This document shows positions 59,914 through 64,000 of a stretch of 64,000 nt of DNA, piece by piece. The translations under genes were made by a program, and so were the position numbers. Numbering within the stretch: the first letter of the stretch is position 1; each line of letters begins with the position of its first letter. The notes below the pieces were generated by a model, which saw only the letters and a program-made list of their open reading frames with translations, ran no database searches and was not told the origin of the DNA. This stretch comes from Basidiobolus meristosporus CBS 931.73. Taxonomy: Eukaryota > Fungi > Basidiobolomycota. The stretch spans positions 91,647 to 155,646 of the forward strand of contig MCFE01000143.1 of NCBI GenBank assembly GCA_002104905.1, read 5' to 3'.

Positions 59914-62900
59914 CTACCAATCCATCTTGTCGGACTCGGTAGCAGTCATCGATTTCTTGATCATATGCTTCTTGGTCGACAGGGCCTCATCCAAAATGTC
60001 AGCAGGTGGGAGTTGGACATACACTTGATCGTGCTCAACCTTGACATGGAAGCACTCAATGTGGAATGCCTCGTCGTTGATGCAGGCACCGGACTTGAGG
60101 TTGAAGTTCTTCTTGTGGATAGGGCAGGAGATGTAAGACTCGGCTCCTGACTCACTCTCGTGGAATCCAAGAATACCGCCCGACAAGACAAGGTCGCGCT
60201 TCACAGGGCACATATTCTGGGCCGCATACCACTTGTCGTCCGAGGTGTGGAACACAGCAATCTGCGAATCCCCAACAAGCATCACCTTGCCTTGGTCCAG
60301 AGGGAACTGATCCACAGATCCAGCCTTGACCCACTCCATGGTACCAGTTTGTCTCTTCAAGCTGGGAAGGGCGGGAACGACCTTGGGCCAGTCGGCAGGT
60401 CTCTTAGCACCACGTTGCTCGATCATTTCGATGAGGGGTCCGCTGCTCTCCTTGGTGTTGACAAACTCTTCAAACTGCTTCTTGAGCTCAGGGTTCTTCA
60501 CGACTGTGCGCCACTCACACTGGTAGGTGCCAATCAAGTATTGCATCTGCTTGTCCAGATCCGCACAAATACCAAGGTGGTCATCCATGATAACCTTGCG
60601 GAGATACTTCACCCCTCCGGGCAGCTTCTCCATCCATCTGGCAGTACGCTGAAGCTTGTCGGCAGTCATGATGTAGTACATCAAGTAACGATCGATGTAC
60701 TTGGTGGCCTCCTCCTCAGACACACTAGACACCAACAGGTCAGCATGTCTAGGCTTGGTGCCTCCGTTGCCACCGACATACACATTGTATCCCTTCTCGG
60801 TGGCGATGAGGCCAAAGTCCTTGCCTTGAGCTTCAGCACACTCACGAATACAGCCAGACACTCCTCCCTTCAGCTTGTGAGGCGAGCGAATACCCTTGTA
60901 CCTGTTCTCCAGTCGGATGGCGAAGCCAACCGAATCTTGCTGTCCATAACGGCACCAGGTGCTACCGACACAAGACTTGACATTACGTAGAGATTTGCCA
61001 TAAGCGTGGCCGCTCTCGAAACCAGCATCGACAAGTCTCTCCCAGATCTTGGGCAAGTCCTCCTTTCTGGCTCCGAACAAGTCGAAACGCTGAGCTCCGG
61101 TGATCTTGCTGTACAGGTTGTACTCCTTGGTGACATCTGCGATGGCCTGAAGACCCTCGGGGGTGATTTCTCCTCCGGCCATACGTGGGACAACAGAGTA
61201 GAGTCCACCACGCTGAAGATTGGCAAGATAGCGATCGTTGGTCTCTTGCAACGAGGCAAGACCTCCTGACAAGATATGCTCGTTCCACAAAGAGGTCATG
61301 ATCGATGCGATCGCTGGCTTGCACACCTCACATCCGGCTGTGGCCGGGTCTACCGCAGAGTTGCGAGCTACCTCCTCGAACGTCTTGAGCTCCTTGACCT
61401 TGACAATAGTGTAGAGCTCGGCACGGCTGAACTTGAAGTGGGCACACAAGGAGTTGCTGACCGTCTTGCCCAATGACTTCATCTCCGACTCGAAGATCTC
61501 AGTCACTTGTGGGACACATCCACCACAGCCAGTACCGGCCTTGGTGAATGCCTTGACTTGGTTGACATTGGCACAGTTCTTCTCCTTGATAGCCTTGCGG
61601 ATGTCGCCCTTGGTGACGTTCAGGCAAGAGCAGATTTGAGCATCATCTGGCAGAGCATCGGTTCCGGCCCCTGCCTCTTCCGACTGAGTTCCCAGAATGA
61701 GCTCAGATGGGTCGCAGTCAATGGCCTTGGATGAGCGGGTCATGGCAAGAACCTTGGTGTAGTCCTTGGTGTCACCCACCATCATACCACCCACAAGATG
61801 CTTTCCATCCTTGGTGAAGTTGTACTTCTTGTAGACCCCGGCGAAAGGATCGCGGTATACAAGAGGTTGGTGAGTAGCCTCATCAGGGAAGGGGTTACCG
61901 AATGATGCCACATTCACTCCCATCAGCTTGAGCTTGGTAGACATATCGGATCCCTTGAAGGTGACCTTCTTCTCCTCAGGCTCGTTGAGGTGAGTGGTGA
62001 TGTTGCGGGCAACTGCCTCGGCAGTGTCGTAGCAAGGTGCCACCAAACCGTAGCACATTCCATTGAAGTTGGCGCACTCACCAATGGCATACACATTTGG
62101 TGCTGAGGTGCGGAGCTGGTTGTCAACGGCGATACCACCACGCTCACCAAGCTTGAGTGAGCCATCAGACTCACGGGCGAGCTGATCTCTGGGACGAATA
62201 CCGATTGAGTAGATGATCATATCGGTCTCGACCTCCTTTCCGGATGCGGTGGTGAATCCACTGATCTTCTTCTTGCTGGGCTCCAACTCATCATCAACCT
62301 GGGCCAAACCCATGGGACAATCACCAACCACCGAGGTGAGTCCAAGTTTGGCAATCTCGGCCTCCAATAGTCTGGATGCCTCCCCATCCAATTGTCTCAT
62401 CATCAAACGATCAGCACGCTCATAGACAGTGGAGATTAGTCCAAGATCCTTGGCTGCCTTGGCTGCCTCAAGTCCCAACAACCCTCCACCGACAATGGTG
62501 GCTCTCTTGACGTTGTCCCGGTTGGCCCAGGCAATGATCTGCTCCAGGTCCTCGAGTGTGCGGTACACGTAGATACCACCGACACTGCCCATGGGGGGAA
62601 CACCTGGTGGCAATGCAGCCGACGATCCGGTAGCGAGGACACAGATGTCATAGTTGACCCATCCGTACTTCTCAGCACGGACTCGTTGGCCAACTGTGTC
62701 GATCTCCTGGACGAGATCCCCGAGGTGGACCTCAATGTTGTTCTCAGCATACCACTCGCGAGGCTTCATCAACTGCTTAGCAGGGTCTCTGTGTGCGAAG
62801 TACTGAGTCAAGCCGACACGGTTGTAGGCAACTGTCAATCAGTCAATCAATCAACAAGGTTAGTTTCTTCCCGTGGTCAAGTCACTCGTCACACAAACAT

Positions 62901-63066
62901 GGACTGTACCTTCAGGCTCTTCGCCAAAGACCTTGATGTTGTACATGTGCTTGGTGTCGTAGCTGAGCACCTTTTCGATGAAGGAAACGGCGACCATACC
63001 GAGGCCAACCACCACAATGGTTTGTTGAGCATCGGTAGGTGTAAGTAATTCCGTATTGGGAGCCAT
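59914..63066 (-). CDS. niiA: NAD(P)H-dependent assimilatory nitrite reductase, copy 2; exons 63066-62910 and 62831-59914, 1024 aa
   Basis: Same motifs; intron at 62832-62909 identical to that of copy 1; tandem offset 4217 bp. Confidence 0.97.
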
Positions 63067-64000
63067 GGTAAATTATAGTCTATGGAATATATAAAAATGT
63101 GAAGTGCGGATACGGAAGTGAACTTGCTCTTTTACTGGCGACGCACACCATATAAATACAAATCGAACGTAGGTTCGTATTGGCCAATTTTTCCTAATAC
63201 TTCCCTGTCCTATCTTTTCCAAGGATTTTGTATGTATTCGTAGTAACGCGGCAAGGGCAACCCCTTTTTTGTAAAGAGCCCAATTGTGGGTTTGCATACA
63301 CCTATAATGGTTACTCTCTTCTCGACTAATTGCACCTTCGCATCAGATTTCCAATGAAGCACCCGGAAATATTGTGGATAAAGTATTTTTGGAATCTATA
63401 CGATATGTCCACCTTCTCAATATACTTTTTTTGATGATTTTACCCAAATCTGTCACTAATCCTTGAAATGATCTTTGGAATCGAACTTGATCTTCCAAAA
63501 TCGGATTTGCCAATCAATGAAAGCCAGTCAGTGATGTGTTTTTGGTGTCCAACACAGGGCCTCGACTCCATCACAGTGCCTTTCCCCCTGATGGCGGACA
63601 TACACTTTATCACATATGTATTCAGTAAGCTTTATCACGAACACTCTTGCTCACTGCTTCTAGCCTGATACTGAGCTGTGTTACTGTGTTGGAGTACCTG
63701 TATTCTGGCATCTTTCACCTGCTCTTATCATTTATTTCTGACGCCACACTTGCCCGCCTCTCATATATTTATGGTTCAGGTCTGGAATATCTTGTGACTG
63801 TATATATGCCTAGAACTAGTCAATATTTGGAAACCAATCGTTAAATGTGATACCTATTACCATTCCTGTAGTATTATACTATATTGATCTGAACGTAATC
63901 ACATAGCAATCCATATTTTAACATGATTACAAATAGTTATTTTCAGTCAAGTTGATGAGCCACTCCTTATTGGCACGCTTTCGATGTTGAATGTGCTTTT

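Noticed and set aside
55744-63048. Long opposite-strand ORFs inside the niiA genes (up to 276 aa) and similar ones inside the POT genes
   Set aside because: Expected from strong codon bias; no recognisable motifs; duplicated only because the host genes are.
63468-63844. Possible two-exon hydrophobic ORF upstream of niiA copy 2 (GTAAG...CTAG intron)
   Set aside because: No start codon or family could be assigned; needs blastx or RNA evidence.

Overview
Eukaryotic DNA, most likely from an early-diverging fungus (Mucoromycota/Zoopagomycota-like). This is an inference from short GT-AG introns, a fungal-type fused NirB-NirD nitrite reductase, CBM19-like modules and PepT-like POT transporters. The window has two compartments. 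(1) About 1-25.6 kb is a CpG-depleted nest of decayed transposons: three Tnp2/CACTA-EnSpm-type transposase copies with a divergently oriented accessory ORF, one Ty1/copia family (one near-complete element, two partial copies, four LTRs carrying 1-3 copies of a 130-bp terminal unit), and two nested solo LTRs from other families. (2) About 26-64 kb is gene-rich and built of locally amplified families. It holds an 8-exon alpha/beta-hydrolase (monoacylglycerol lipase-like); an array of 12 intact and 1 decayed genes for small secreted 6-Cys CBM19-like proteins with Asp/His/Trp-rich repeat tails; four POT/PTR (SLC15-like) transporter genes (one frameshifted) plus a remnant; and two tandem NAD(P)H nitrite reductase genes. 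All three families show gene-conversion mosaics. The best candidate for an undescribed system is the secreted chitin-binding-module plus His/Asp-tail array. The POT-nitrite reductase nitrogen-acquisition cluster is second.
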